From Pseudogymnoascus verrucosus (lineage: Eukaryota): DNA of 64,000 bases. The notes under the pieces were generated by a model, which saw nothing but the letters and a program-made list of their open reading frames with translations, made no database searches and had not been told where the DNA came from. A program made the position numbers and the translations under genes. Position 1 is the first letter of the stretch, and the number at the start of each line of letters is the position of its first letter. The stretch lies in the NCBI GenBank assembly GCA_001662655.1, contig KV460215.1, one strand, 5' to 3'. Positions 1 through 12,355 of the stretch are shown here, one piece after another.

Positions 1-2054
1 AAGTCTACTGTTAGGTGGAGCAGCTGCAATTGAGCTCCTCAAATGGCGGTCATGGGCTACAGGGCTCGCATCATATAGGTTGCCGCCATTGTCAATAGTA
101 TTCTGGCCCTTCTTCGTAGGCAGCTTTTTGTATTGGATGATAGGGCTGCTATGGGCGGCCATACCTACACCAACAAAAGAATCTGCAAATGATTCTTCGC
201 GTGGACTCTCGGTATCATGGTTGTTCGCATGGGTATCACTGATACCTTGAGCTTCAATAGCTTTTGCATTGATATCGTAGTTTCTGTTGAGGACAAGTCC
301 CGTGTCAACTTGAGAGGTTCTCCTGAAGCTGGTTTGCTTGGTAGCTTTTTTATTGGTATCTGTACGATTCCCGTAGGGGATCGAGTCCTCGTCGCTTTGA
401 GAGTCGTCAAGGAAGCTGATTTTCTTGGTAACTTTTGGGTTGGTATCTTTGCGGTTACCATCGAGGGCCAGTCCCTCGTTGCCTTGAGAGACTTTCATGG
501 AGCTGTTTCGCTTGATAGCCTTGGCTGTGTTGCCGCCGTTTAAGTTCAATCCATCGTTGCTTTGAGACGCTTTAATGAAGCTAGTTTTCTTGGTAGGTTC
601 AGAATCATCGGTATGTCCCGACATCGCTTCATTATCGGAAGCCGTGTCTTGCCTTCTAGTCTCACTATTAAGCTTCGCTCCACATTGTTGAACAACTTTG
701 CCGATACTTGTGGCGAGGGTCGTGTCCCTGAATGTCAATTGCACAACAGAAAGCTCTGACGGGCTTGAGTTCACATAAGCTTGATTCCCCCCAGTGCACT
801 TGACGTGTAGAATGAGATCGGCGGGAGGCTCAGTCCCTATACTCCTATCAAGTGATGTTGGCTCAACTCGAACATCCGAGATCAGATGGAATGGAATGTC
901 GATGGCGGTGTCAAAACCCTTCTTTTCTGAATGTACATAGATATATACGCAATCCGCAAGGACCACACTTATGCTCCTGTGGCATATCGAGATAGCCTTG
1001 GTGTTCAGAAACTCCGGAAAAGTGACCATATTTAGTGCAAAATCTATAGTCCCGTTGCTAAACTGATTTAGCAAATTATCACTCCATGATGGGTAGCACA
1101 ACTCACTTCTCCGTGCCAGCTATCTTGTCCCAGATATCATCAAGATAACTTGAGAACCTTTTGTCCCATTGTGAGGCTGAAGGAGCTTGCTCCGGGTATT
1201 GGGCAATGATCTCTTTATCTGTTTCGACGGGAAATAACCATTCTTTTGGAATAATATCAGAGGCGGTAAGGGTCGTCAAAATCCGCCCAGAAAGAGTCCT
1301 CAATATTTCATTTCCTTCATACAAGATCTGGGAGCCAAGTTTTCGGCTAAAACGTTCACGTTAGTGGCGTGAACGAGATGCTCATTTAGCTTTACTAACC
1401 GTTTTTCATCTGGGATGAATCCAATCATTCCTACATTCTCGTCGGAGTGAGAGGTAAGCTCGAGGATCAAGAGGCCGACCTAGAGGCTGTCAGCATTTCT
1501 GTCAGCAATCCTTCCGTGCATGGTATGCAAATTACCCATCGTCTCGTCTTGTATGATTCGCTTTTATCACAGAATGTGACGAAGATTAGTTCCAAACAGT
1601 CCTTGCTGATATCAGACAGTGATTTTTGGATGTCGTCTGCTGCTTCCTGCTTCTTGTTTGCGTTGTGTAGAAATTCCTGGGCACAGTCAGAATGGACGAG
1701 CATATGCAGACGTATCACTTACAGCTAACAAGTACAACCCACGGTCTCTCAACAGGGAGTTCCCTGCGTGAATGAGGATCCGAACTATGGCGACGAACGC
1801 ACTTGGGTGAAGTTCGCTGCAAGCTTCCGGGAATGCACCTATGGCGGATACAGTTCTCTCCACTATGTCAGTGGCCACCTTTTGATCAGTTTGCCCGAGC
1901 CGTGCCAGAGTAGCTTTCATCTTCTTGATGATGCTCTCGGAAAGTCTACTCAAGTTAAGGATAGCACTTGGAGTTGAATTCGCGGTCTTACCGTAGAAAC
2001 ACATTTCGGCCCAAGGATGACTCGAGGTATTGAAGAAAGTCTTCAAAGGGACAA
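1..2054 (-). CDS. Multi-exon gene running off the window start; helical domain, then beta-rich (PH-like) domain, then low-complexity repeats; possible SYCP2/Red1/Rec10-like meiotic axis protein
   Basis: GT..AG introns at 1722-1677, 1535-1480, 1399-1347 and 1106-1058 join the short listed ORFs in frame. The last exon is open without a stop from 1057 to base 1 (manual translation). The 5' end is unresolved. Confidence 0.7.
300..600 (-). repeat. Four degenerate coding repeats, spacing 87/87/78 bp (about 29 aa)
   Basis: TTGAGA(G/C) anchors at 310, 397, 484 and 562. They encode TKKTSFIKASQSNDG, IKRNSSMKVSQGNEG, TKKISFLDDSQSDED and TKQTSFRRTSQVDTG. Confidence 0.7.
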
Positions 2055-2610
2055 CTATTCGGATCTCTTGATGGGCTGCTCAACAATCTTAAGACTGGTG
2101 GTGACCTAGTCCGTTTCGACCTATGTCCAGCCATTTTTGAGCGGCTACCCTCCACCGAGCAGCCGTCGTTGGTTTCAACTGTGGTATGTCATCAATGAAA
2201 GAGGTGGCTTCTAATTTATACAGATATTCGAATCTATCTGACCAGTGTCTGCCTCACTGATTTGACGATTGTGGCAATGGCCAATTGAGAGAGACTGATG
2301 GAGGAAATGGGGGAGAGTGGTAGAGTAGGCTGGGCAGAATAGCTGGTCTCAAGGGCCAACCACCCATCACCTGACCTACCCCCAAGTTGGCCTCACACCA
2401 ATATCAACTAGAAATAAAGGGGACAAGATAAATTTGTATATATTGTAGTGAAAGATAGAATTCTAGCTGTACACCAGAGATAAATTATGTACATGAAAAG
2501 CGTCTGGACCTTTGAAAGATGAAGATCCTGGTAGCACAACAGCAAAGAGACGCCAACGGAAGTCGAATACACTGAGGATATTATATCATCGCAGTTAAAC
2601 CTATCCTTGA

Positions 2611-2687
2611 GAAACGGAATACAACTGTAGATTGCTGAACCTCGACGAAACGGAATGCAACTGTAGCTTGTTGAACCTTGACGAAAC
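2611..2687. repeat. 36-bp tandem duplication
   Basis: gaaacggaatacaactgtagattgctgaacctcgac followed by gaaacggaatgcaactgtagcttgttgaaccttgac. Confidence 0.8.
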
Positions 2688-3713
2688 TGGCCCACCAACA
2701 CGCCCCAATATAAGAAACAAAGACTCTTACTGTATCTTTGCAATGTAAGAAGTATCTGAACGAATGATTGCCCTCGTATGGATATGATATCAATGGCTGA
2801 CGCGTGAGACGGGTAGACTCTCGACATGTCCAATCGCAAACTTCACATCAGTTTATCCATCGAAAGAGATACGAATCCGCGGAGAAACACGATAAGAAAT
2901 AGTTATAAATACGATAAGAGAAAGCCAGGCTTAACACCTATCGACGAAGAATAAGAGGGAGAAGTTCAACCAACAGTCTCGAATCTTGACCAAGAAACGC
3001 GTATACGGCATAGCATTGGACATAGCCTGATCAAACCTGACGGGCGCAGAGGATGAAATAAAGTGTTCCATACAAACACAGCCAGCTAGCTTTTTTGCCA
3101 AGTTATGGTAGTCAGATCAGGCGCGGCCATTGCTGACAGATATTATAGGCTCCAGTGTTGCCAAGGAGTCATATAGCTAGGTTGGCGATGATGATGATGT
3201 GTCATTTTGGGCCCTGACAACTCTGATACATCTGAATCCACCGGAGTTTGGACGTGAACCGTACTGGTTGACTGCATGAACTGTATCTTTAGAAACCCAG
3301 TCGGGGTATATTTTCAGGGCCAATCTTACAAAGCAGTCGCTGAGTGGTTTAGAGTGCAGATATGATTGGGTGGTCTCATGTCGCCCTAGCCATGGGCTTA
3401 CTGCACTCCACATTATCGGGGTACGGTGAAAGACAAACCTCCGTTCCGACGCCCACGTACAGTCCGAAGCGCGCGTCTGACTGTTTTTTCTAACTTCTAT
3501 ATTGAGTATAGGCAGAACTTTGCTCACGTCACTCTTTAGCCCTCGTTATTGAAGTTAATTTAGAAATGAACTTCTCCCGCACTCATTTTTGACTCATTGC
3601 AGTGATATTCCTCTGTTAAAGCTTCCAGTTCTTCCACAGAGCATTGGGATTCATTTGACATCCACAGTCGCTTCTATCCATATTTGACCCTTACCCTCCA
3701 CGAATCCACGACA

Positions 3714-4751
3714 ATGAGGAGATCCGCGTCCAAGGAGAGCGTCGGCGCTGCGGCTCACAAACAAGATGGAGCATCATCAGTAGTTTCCTACCTGGCAAAC
3801 ACGCTGCTGAAAGAGAAGGCCGTGGAGCCCACCCCCGCCACCAGCGACGACGAATCCAGCGGTGAAAACATCTTCTACCTAGCCTATGGCTCCAACCTAG
3901 CCAGGAAAACCTTCCTCGGGATGCGCGGCATCAGGCCGCTCTCCCAGAAGAACGTCCACTGCCCCTCCCTAACGCTCACCTTCGACCTGGGCGGCTTCCC
4001 CTACCTCGAGCCCTGCTTCGCCAACACACGTTACACCACTGATGTCCCCCCACCCGGACCCCCGGGAGTCGATTACCACAAGACGCACTGGAAGAAGGGG
4101 GTCGTGGGCGTTGTATACGAGGTCACACAGCAGGATTTCCTGAAGATCATGGCCACTGAGGGCGGCGGCGCAAGCTACCAAGACGTTATCGTCCCCTGCT
4201 ACCCCCTCGAATCCGATATCAGCGTGGTCCCTGAGGTACCCACCGGCGAGCCCTTCGACGCACACACTCTCTACTGCCCATGGCGGCCCGGCGGACTGAA
4301 TCGCCCTGATCCGAACCACGCACAGCCGTCACCGCGTTACATGAACCTCCTCACCTCCGGCGCGGCAGAGCACAACCTGCCCGACGAATACCGTGAATAC
4401 CTTGCCCAGATCCGACCATACGTGGCGACGAGCACGAGGCAGAAGATTGGGCGGATAGCGTTTGCGGTGGTGTGGGCGCCGATATTCCTGCCGATCATGA
4501 TGATCAGCAGGAAGCTGGTGGACGATAAGGGGGTGGCGCCGGGCTGGTTCAAGGCGATTATGGATGGGCTTAAGGTGGCGATGTGGGGGAGTTATGATAT
4601 TTTTTATAGGCGGATATATGGGGAGGGTGAGAGGACGGTGGAGAGTGAGCGGCCGCCGAGGTTTGCGGAGGAGAAGGATGAGGTTAGGCCGAAGATTTTG
4701 GAGGATAAGATGAGGGATTTGCAGGGTGTTTTGGAGGAGTGTGGGGAATGA
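3714..4751 (+). CDS. Gamma-glutamylcyclotransferase (GliK-like) with a C-terminal hydrophobic segment
   Basis: FYLAYGSNL, GVVYEVT..D...I.ATEGGG and PSPRYMNLL..GA.EH.LP motifs. First ATG at 3714. Confidence 0.85.
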   Translation: MRRSASKESVGAAAHKQDGASSVVSYLANTLLKEKAVEPTPATSDDESSGENIFYLAYGSNLARKTFLGMRGIRPLSQKNVHCPSLTLTFDLGGFPYLEPCFANTRYTTDVPPPGPPGVDYHKTHWKKGVVGVVYEVTQQDFLKIMATEGGGASYQDVIVPCYPLESDISVVPEVPTGEPFDAHTLYCPWRPGGLNRPDPNHAQPSPRYMNLLTSGAAEHNLPDEYREYLAQIRPYVATSTRQKIGRIAFAVVWAPIFLPIMMISRKLVDDKGVAPGWFKAIMDGLKVAMWGSYDIFYRRIYGEGERTVESERPPRFAEEKDEVRPKILEDKMRDLQGVLEECGE

Positions 4752-5117
4752 TTTGTTGGATATATGTAGAGCAGCTGCGACTATTTTGGACGTTATCTTT
4801 AGCCTGTTGTTGATAGCATTGTAAATATATCACGATATGTTTTTTCAAAATACGTCTATTTAAAATGGAAATTAATAAATGCTATTATATTCCTCGCAAT
4901 TATTCAAGCACATCTATACTCTGCATTTGTGAACCCATCTACTCACCCCCTATATAATGAACTATCCAAATAAATTAAACAACCCAATCCGCCCATTCCC
5001 TCCTTACATGCCACCCATCTATCGGCCTAAATGCTGTAGGAGGCGGGTGGGGGAAGGTATCTCGGTCGCTCTTTCCCTTATATTCTCAACTAGGCAATAC
5101 CGTCCAACAAACACCCT

Positions 5118-5190
5118 GCCTGGGTAGCTCAATCGGTAGAGCGTGTGACTCTTAATCTCAAGGTCGCGGGTTCGAGCCCCGCCTCGGGCT
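5118..5190 (+). tRNA. tRNA-Lys(CTT), intronless (copy 1)
   Basis: 73-nt cloverleaf: GCCTGGG acceptor, A-box TAGCTCAATCGG, anticodon CTT, B-box GGTTCGAGCCC. T-run about 36 nt downstream. Confidence 0.92.
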
Positions 5191-5866
5191 CAAATCCCGA
5201 GTTTCTCTACAGATTCTCTCATTATCTTTTTTGCATTTTTTTGCTCTGCCATCCATAAGATGAGGCCAGCTCGGCTGCTCTTTATTTTATACAGTGACAG
5301 TTGTGAAAGTATGAGGGAGTCGTGCTTTTGTGCCAGTTGGTGGTACACAGCTAGAGCTGGAGGTTGTGCGGATATACCTTTTTTTATTTAGGTGCTGCGA
5401 ATTGACGTCATATCCTCGGCGAGAAAAAAAAATCCGCAAACAGCATGCGACCAACTTCAGTGCAAACGAATAGCTTCATCTACCAGTTCAAATCATAATA
5501 ATTGTATGCTCGATATTTGCTCGGATTATATATACAAAATATAAAAAATTAAAGTAGTAACTTCACTTGTTATTACCCCTAAAATCTCTTTCTCCATCCC
5601 GCGTTCCTAAAAACCTTCATTCCTAGCAAAAGTTAAAAAAATAATCCGCCATCACTTGCCAGCAATGTAGACCTCATATCAGAAATTTGGTGAATGTTTG
5701 TCTCATAGCCAAGTCTCCCTAGCTCTGAAGTAGCAAATACTTTAAATTCGTTTGTAACATCATATAGGTCCACACATACACACGTGCTCCTCTTCCTTCT
5801 AGAGCCAGAATCTGCTGGAGAAGCAAAAATGTAATGAGAGAATCTTGTAGAGAAACTCGGGATTTG

Positions 5867-5939
5867 AGCCCGAGGCGGGGCTCGAACCCGCGACCTTGAG
5901 ATTAAGAGTCACACGCTCTACCGATTGAGCTACCCAGGC
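5867..5939 (-). tRNA. tRNA-Lys(CTT), intronless (copy 2), convergent with copy 1
   Basis: Reverse complement is identical to copy 1 and has nearly the same 3' trailer. Confidence 0.92.
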
Positions 5940-6371
5940 AGGGTGATTGTTGGGTGATGTTCCGTGTTCTGCTAGTTATGGGGGGAAGTGTGTGCGCGCA
6001 GTAAAATTAGCGTGGACTTCGGTTAGGGGAGGGCCCGGCGAGGACTGTGGTCCTAATGGGACCATGGATTTAACGGGATAGACATGGTTGGATTTATTTG
6101 ACATGAAATTCCTTGTGGATGATGCTATTTGCGATGGTTTATTGCTTTCTATTTTTGGTTTTACTTGGAATTATATTTCTCATTCATTAAACAAATGAAA
6201 ATATAATTAAATCCTGCTTCTCCAATTTTTCTATGAACTACACTTTTCAACATCACAACACGAATTTTCAAATGCACAAAGTTATGGTTCATAATGCTTT
6301 AATAATTTTCCAACGTTTACTTTTAAATCCCGGCACAACAACTCCATTGCTTATATACCCAGGAACGTTTC

Positions 6372-9300
6372 CTATCCATCCTCCCCCTTTATATCCACCC
6401 CCTCTTCCTTCTCACCATTCTCATATTTCCCCAAAATCCTCCAATCCCCCTTCCCATCTTTCCCCTTCCACTCCCACACCACTCTCCCATCATTAACCGC
6501 ATCAACCAGCTCCTTTCCAGCAACCTCCCTCTCCCCACTCTCCGCATCCCATACCCATCCCTCCCTCAACCAGCACCACCTCAGAAAAGCCCTTAACTCT
6601 TTATCCTTCGGAATCACACGCATCCATTCAGGCTGGAACCCCTCGTCTTCCGCCTCCTCGCCATTCCACCCCTTCGCTAACCCTCTGAGTTCATCTCTGC
6701 AGAAGATCCTCCAAGAGTCAATCGCGTAGGGTCCTTTAGTCAGGTGGCCAATTTCCCAGGCGCCTTCGCGCACGTCCTCGTCGGAGAGGATTTCGCCTTT
6801 CTTGATAGTCGCGTGGGCGTTCTTTGTAGGGTAGTTTTCAACGCGGTATCTCTTCCCCTTCACCGGCGGATCATCCAAGAATGTTTTGGCGTAACGAATA
6901 TAAGTATCTGCTCGCACGGATTGCAAGCCCAGATGGCGAGTCAACTCTACAATGACGCCCTTGTCTGCGTTCGCGAGGTCGGTAGCGGTAGGAAATAGTT
7001 CTATAAGCCTGTAGTATATGGGAATCGACGACTTCCCATACGTGCGGATGAGGAATGTGACACCGATAAGGAGACGGAGCGGGTCATGGCGTAGCTTCTC
7101 TTGGAGGAGGCCGAATGAAGGCGAGGAGAGAGGCGGGAATGGGATGCAAGAGACTACACCGCCAGGGGAGCGGAGTGGCTTCTTTGGTGATACTGCTGGT
7201 GAGAAGTAGGGGGATTTGGTGACTGCCCTTTCTTTTTTGACTGGGGAAAGTGTGGTAGCGGGTTCTGGAGGTTGTAAGAGCAACTTGTTTGGGGACTGCG
7301 CGAGGCGTGGGAGGATGACTGAGTTTCTTCGCGGGTGGATGGGTTTTGGACGGGTTGGACTCTCTAAATCGTCTGCTTCATCACTGGAGTTGCCTAGTGG
7401 TGGCGTGGAGCTTCGAACCATCTCGTATTTAAACGCTGGCTGCTTTGTAGATGTCATAGTTTGGACTGCGTCTATAGAGGACCCTTCCCGCGATTGGGAT
7501 CTGGTTACCCTGAGATCAAATTCATCTAGGGCAGAGTCTTCCCTGCTCTCATCTGAATCTGCCTCACTTTGAACGCTTAGACTATAAGCCGAGACCTTTG
7601 CTTCGCCATCAGTTTCAGCGCCCTCGTCTTCGACTGGCTCATCCTTGGTATCAACTATGGCTTCCCCATATGCACCCGGCGGTATAATCCTAGTTTCTTT
7701 TCTCACTTTCGATTCTCCTAGCCCTCTTTCCACCTCAGTAGCACCCGTGACGGGAGAGCTGGATTCTCTGCGACTGATGTACATCGTATTACCCGCAACT
7801 TCCAGGGCCTGACCACCACTCGCAGGGTCCTGGCTCCCTACGAGTGGTGTTCTTTTAGCTCACCGACCGCCACAAGTACTTCAGTCTTATTTTCATCACC
7901 GATAGATTTCCGATTACCCCGCTTGCGGCGCTTGTTGCTAGCGGGATTTGGTGCTGGGATCTCGGATAGAGGTTGCGTTGCTGGGATTATAGGAGCGGCG
8001 ACGGGTTTGCTAGCTGGTTCATCTACACATAAATCCATAGGTTCGGGCACTGCTTCCACAGCGGCGGGTGTGCTGGTAGGGATTTGCGTGTTTGTATCAA
8101 GTGCCTTCTTGGGAGGCGGCGGGCCACGCTTTCTCTTACGCTTGGCAGCTGCATTCAAACCAACGTCGTTGGCCTCTTCCATAACAATCGGCCTGGCTTC
8201 TGCTTCAGGCTGGGTGTTTACAGCCTCGACAGGAGCAATAGGCTCAGGTTTAATAATAGCATCGATCTTCACAAGCTCGGACGCATTCGAATTTGAGCCA
8301 GCGTCAGTTGCAGTAGTTGACTTGCGTGCGCGCTTCTTCTTCTTTGGTGCCCGAAGATCGATAAACCCGTCGTCCGCAGCCACAACCGGCTTTGGGGCGT
8401 TGGGAACGGCTACAGTCGGAGGCTTGATAGCTGGTGGGAGGATCGGGGTTGATCCAGGGGTGGGCTTGTTCTTAGCGCCCCTCTTCCTCTTATTCGAAGA
8501 CTTCTCGGTGGGCTCTCCACTCTCTGCTTTAATAGTGGCCAGGGTAAGCATAGCTGCAGCATTGATCTGCTCAGTAGGCGCTGCAATGGCGACCTGCGGG
8601 ATCTGGGCATTTGTTGCTGGGCCTGCCTGTGTGTCTGCAGCTGCTGTAACAGTAGCTGACACCACAGCCAGTGTATTTGCTAATGCAGCCTTGGCTTTGT
8701 TTTGTATGAATGCTGCCTTTCTTTCTTTTCTACTCAGTTTAGGGGCTCCAGAGTCGACTTCACTCGATCCAGCCTCTGCCGCAACAGCAACTGCTACAAC
8801 GGGGGTTGGCGCTACCGCGGGCGCATTTGCTAGTGCCGCCTTGGCTTTGTTTTGTATGAATGCCGCCTTTCGTTCTTTTCTACTCAGTTTAGGTGCTTCA
8901 GGGACGACTTCATCTACTTTAGCCTCTGCCGTGACGGCTGCTGCTACAACAGTAGTTGGCGCTACCGTGGGTGTGTTCGCTGACGCTTCATTGTCTGCTA
9001 CAATGGGAGTTGGCGCAACTGGGGGCGTAGTTGCTAATGCCTCCTTGGCTTTGTTTTGTATGAATGCTGCTTTTCGTTCCTTTCTAGTTAGTTTAGGGGC
9101 CTCAGCGGTAGGTTCGACCGATTCAGCTTTTGCCGCGACAGCAGCTGCTATAACAGCAACTGGTGTTACTGGGGGTGTATTCGCCGTTGCTGCCTTGGCT
9201 TTGTTTTGTATGAATGCTATCTTGCGTTCGCGTCTGCTCAGTTTAGGAGCTTCGGGGTTGAGTTTAGCAAATTCGGCCTCTGCCGCTTTAGCAGCGATGT

Positions 9301-10538
9301 TTGCTTTTTGTCGTTTCGATCTCCTGTCGTTAAGCATCACTTTTTCTGGTTGGCTTTCCGTTGTTGCTGTCTCGCTCAAAGGTGTTCCTCCGATGTCACT
9401 CTCGACTTTCGGCTTATTTGCATCCTCGGTCGAAGGTGTTCCCCCAACGTCACTCTCGACCTTCGGCTTATTTACCTCCTTACGGAAACGTTTCCGCTTC
9501 GCAGGAGGAGTCTTATTCTGTGCGGCGTCCTGCGGTACCCCATTAGCGTTAAACAAGTTGCCGACAGTCTGTTGAACGCTTGCGAGAACCTCAATGGCAT
9601 CGGTCAACTCCAGCCCAGGCATCTCAAGTGCAGTCAGCTTGCTCTCCAACTTGACTCCCTTAGCCCTGCACAGCTTCTCCTGTGCGCTCTTAGCTTCAAC
9701 CAGTGCCTGGTTAGCCCCCAACCCCAGCCCAATGCCAAAAGTCTGCACCTCCGTAAGATAGCATTCTAGTTGATTGACGCTCGGGGCCCCAGGTATAGTC
9801 TCAACGGCGTGCTTCTGTGCGAACTCGGCGACTATGGCGGCGCGCTGGTGGTATTTTAATAATGACCTAGGGGTACCAGGAAGGCCACTACGAGTTTGTG
9901 ACTTTGGCGTCGAAGGGATCGGTTTCGTTTTCACTGGTGTGGCTACCTGAGCTGCTTTGCAGGTGTTCAGGAGGAAATTGACATCTTCCTTAGGCGCCTC
10001 ACGAAGGTGCGCACGCAAGAACGCCCTGTCGCTGTCAGACTGAATATCGAAATCGGCGAAGACATCAGTGCTGACACCCCCATCTTCGTCTTCTGATCTT
10101 GGGGTCGTCTCGTCTGACGATGCCGGAGGAGTCGAGTGGCGTGGATGCGACGAGGGAGGGGCCACAAAATCGGGATGCTGTTTCGCGCGCGTTAGTGGGT
10201 GCTTTAATGGCGGGGTTTGCAATCGCGGTTGGGTGAAATTAACTTACAATATCCGATTCCGTATCCTCTACAGCATTCTGAAATGCGCCGTTGGTAAGTG
10301 GTAATAGCGGCGGTAGAGCACCGATCGCAAAACCAACACCTGCATCGCTATCGTCGGCCGCCTCGATGCTCTTCTTGATACCAGAGGCTTTCGCCTCAGA
10401 TTTCGCACTCAGAGACGAGGATGCCTGTTCAAGCGCCATAGCCACCCTTTGCATCGCAGGTATCTTGTTCAAGCTTTTTTCCCTCCTCGCAGCCTGCCTG
10501 GCCGACTCACTGGTCGACTGGCTAGGTAAAGGGCGCAT
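6372..10538 (-). CDS. Large protein with a C-terminal MBD4-like HhH-GPD DNA glycosylase domain and a long basic, Ala/Pro-rich N-terminus
   Basis: FGLLQEKLRHDPLRLLIGVTFL, HLTKGPYAIDSWRIFC and PKDKELRAFL match MBD4-type motifs. Intron 10247-10178 joins exons 1 and 2 in frame. A probable intron 7917-7838 joins the 794-aa and 470-aa ORFs; this junction is less certain and the locus could be two genes. Confidence 0.75.
8660..9260 (-). repeat. Four intragenic repeats of APKL(S/T)R(K/R)ERK(A/I)AFIQNKAK
   Basis: ccttggctttgttttgtatgaatgc occurs four times on the + strand; visible in the translation of ORF 7838..10222. Confidence 0.9.
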
Positions 10539-11150
10539 TTTCACCGTCCTTCAAATCTGGGATTTCCAATTGATATAAGACAGCTCCAACTGCACATGTA
10601 TATCAAATGAAATCGACCAGCCCGTGAATTGACCTCGTCGTGGATTTTGAGAGCGTGAAAGACCCCTCTGCGATTGTCGTGGTGTGCCTGAATATAATTT
10701 CTCGATAAGAATCTAGCTAGCTTATCGGGGAAGATACTTTTCTCTATCGGGCCAAGCACGATTGTCGGAGCTCTCGGCAAGATTTCCAGGGCAGAACGGA
10801 TTGCCGAACTAGTTGTGCCCGTTCAATTCCAGGCTTTGAAGTCGAGATGACACAATGCTAAAGTCGAAGACAATGCTCGTTCCCCGTACCAGGCTCTATT
10901 AAAGCACTGAGAATTGCGAATCACGTGAAATTACTTGGACATTAATAACAAGGCCAGTTTTCAACCAAGTTACAAAAGAAATAAGACGGTATATTGAGAT
11001 TTAGGTCCCGTATCTTCTCTTCTAGTAGACTATTCTCTTTGTACAACCAAAACGTAGAACTAGTACAATACAACAGTGTAATATGCGTCGTTGCATTCAC
11101 TCCCTTCTTCCTATCCAAGCCTCTCGCTCTAACTCACACCAAGGATCCTT

Positions 11151-12355
11151 CTACTTTCTTGGTCCACCAACCTTTGGCGGGTTGTAAACGATCTTCCTTG
11201 TCTTCATCGGAGCCCACTTGTATCTCTTAACCCAGATGCTGAGAGCCAGTAGCGCGGAGGTCATAATCAGAACCTTCATTCCCATCTTCTTGCGCTGGTC
11301 CATCTCGGGCTCGGCAGCCCAGTTCAGGAACTCGGTAACATCCTTGGCCATCTGGGAGGTAGAGGCCTCAGTTCCATCATCGTAGTCAACGAGACCATCG
11401 AAGAGGACACGAGCCATGGCAATACCGGTACCCGGGAAGTAAGGGTTGAAGTTGAGGCCCTCCTGGACGACGGCGCCTGCGGGAGGCTCCTCAGGGTAAC
11501 CGGTAAGGAGGTTGAAGATGTAGTCGCAGCCACCGTGGCGGGCCTTGACAATCAGCGACAAATCGGGAGGCAGGGCACCGTTGTTGGCGGCGCGGGCGGC
11601 CTCATCGTTCTTGTATGGCGATGGGAGGTAATCGGAGAGCTTTCCGGGGCGCTTCTCGATCTCGCCCTCATCGTTGGGCTCGGTGTCATACTCGTTCTCC
11701 TCGGCCATGGCCTTGGCCTCGTCAACGGTGTGGGTTACTCCGACCAGGGTTCTGTATGGGACGCGAGCGAGGGAATGGCACGAAGAGCAGACCTCGCGGT
11801 AGACCTGGAAACCACGGCGCAGGCTGAACTGTTAGCTTATGGAGGTTAATAGGGTTGATGGAAGCTTACGCTTGGTGGTCGAAGGTCTTGACGTATTTCT
11901 CGTGCTCCCATGGGTAGTGTGTTGGATGGAGACTGCATGTGAATATTAGCTTCCGAAGGTCAATTGATGGGATCGATGAGCGTATAGTACCCTTCTTCCG
12001 CAGGTGTCATGGCGTGAGCGGTAGAACCATAGAGATGATAGTACCAAGCCATCGAGCCAGCAGCAACGGCAGTGGCAGCGGTTCCGGCGGCAGTAAGTTT
12101 GAAGGGGGAGTTGACAGCTTCAGAGGCCGACGACGCAGCGCGCTACAGAACCAAAAGTCAGCAATAATCCATCAAACAAAGCACCCATTCCATCCCTGGT
12201 GCTTCGAATATCCCATCCCCATCCAATTGACACTTCCAGTCCGTCCGTCGTCGCACCCGATGCGGCTCTTGTCGGTTGTATCGTACCTTTGTGGTCCTGC
12301 TCACACTGCTCCGGACCGCGCCGAAGCGGGCAGCATTTCTAGCAAACATTGACAT
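11151..12355 (-). CDS. CYT1: Cytochrome c1, mitochondrial (multi-exon)
   Basis: REVCSSCHS heme-binding motif near 11780, [20 protein letters not shown]-terminal TM anchor and N-terminal mitochondrial presequence. Confidence 0.97.

Noticed and set aside
165..759. Short listed ORFs at the window start, or a pseudogene call
   Set aside because: A different - strand frame is open from 1057 to base 1; the ORF track omitted it, probably because it has no stop inside the window.
5118..5235. Calling the tRNA+trailer units a SINE
   Set aside because: No TSD, poly-A or LINE-like tail seen, and the tRNA bodies are intact and identical. Kept only as an alternative hypothesis.
7923..9575. 550-aa + strand ORF
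   Set aside because: Antisense shadow of the Ala/Pro/Lys-rich - strand CDS; no independent motifs.
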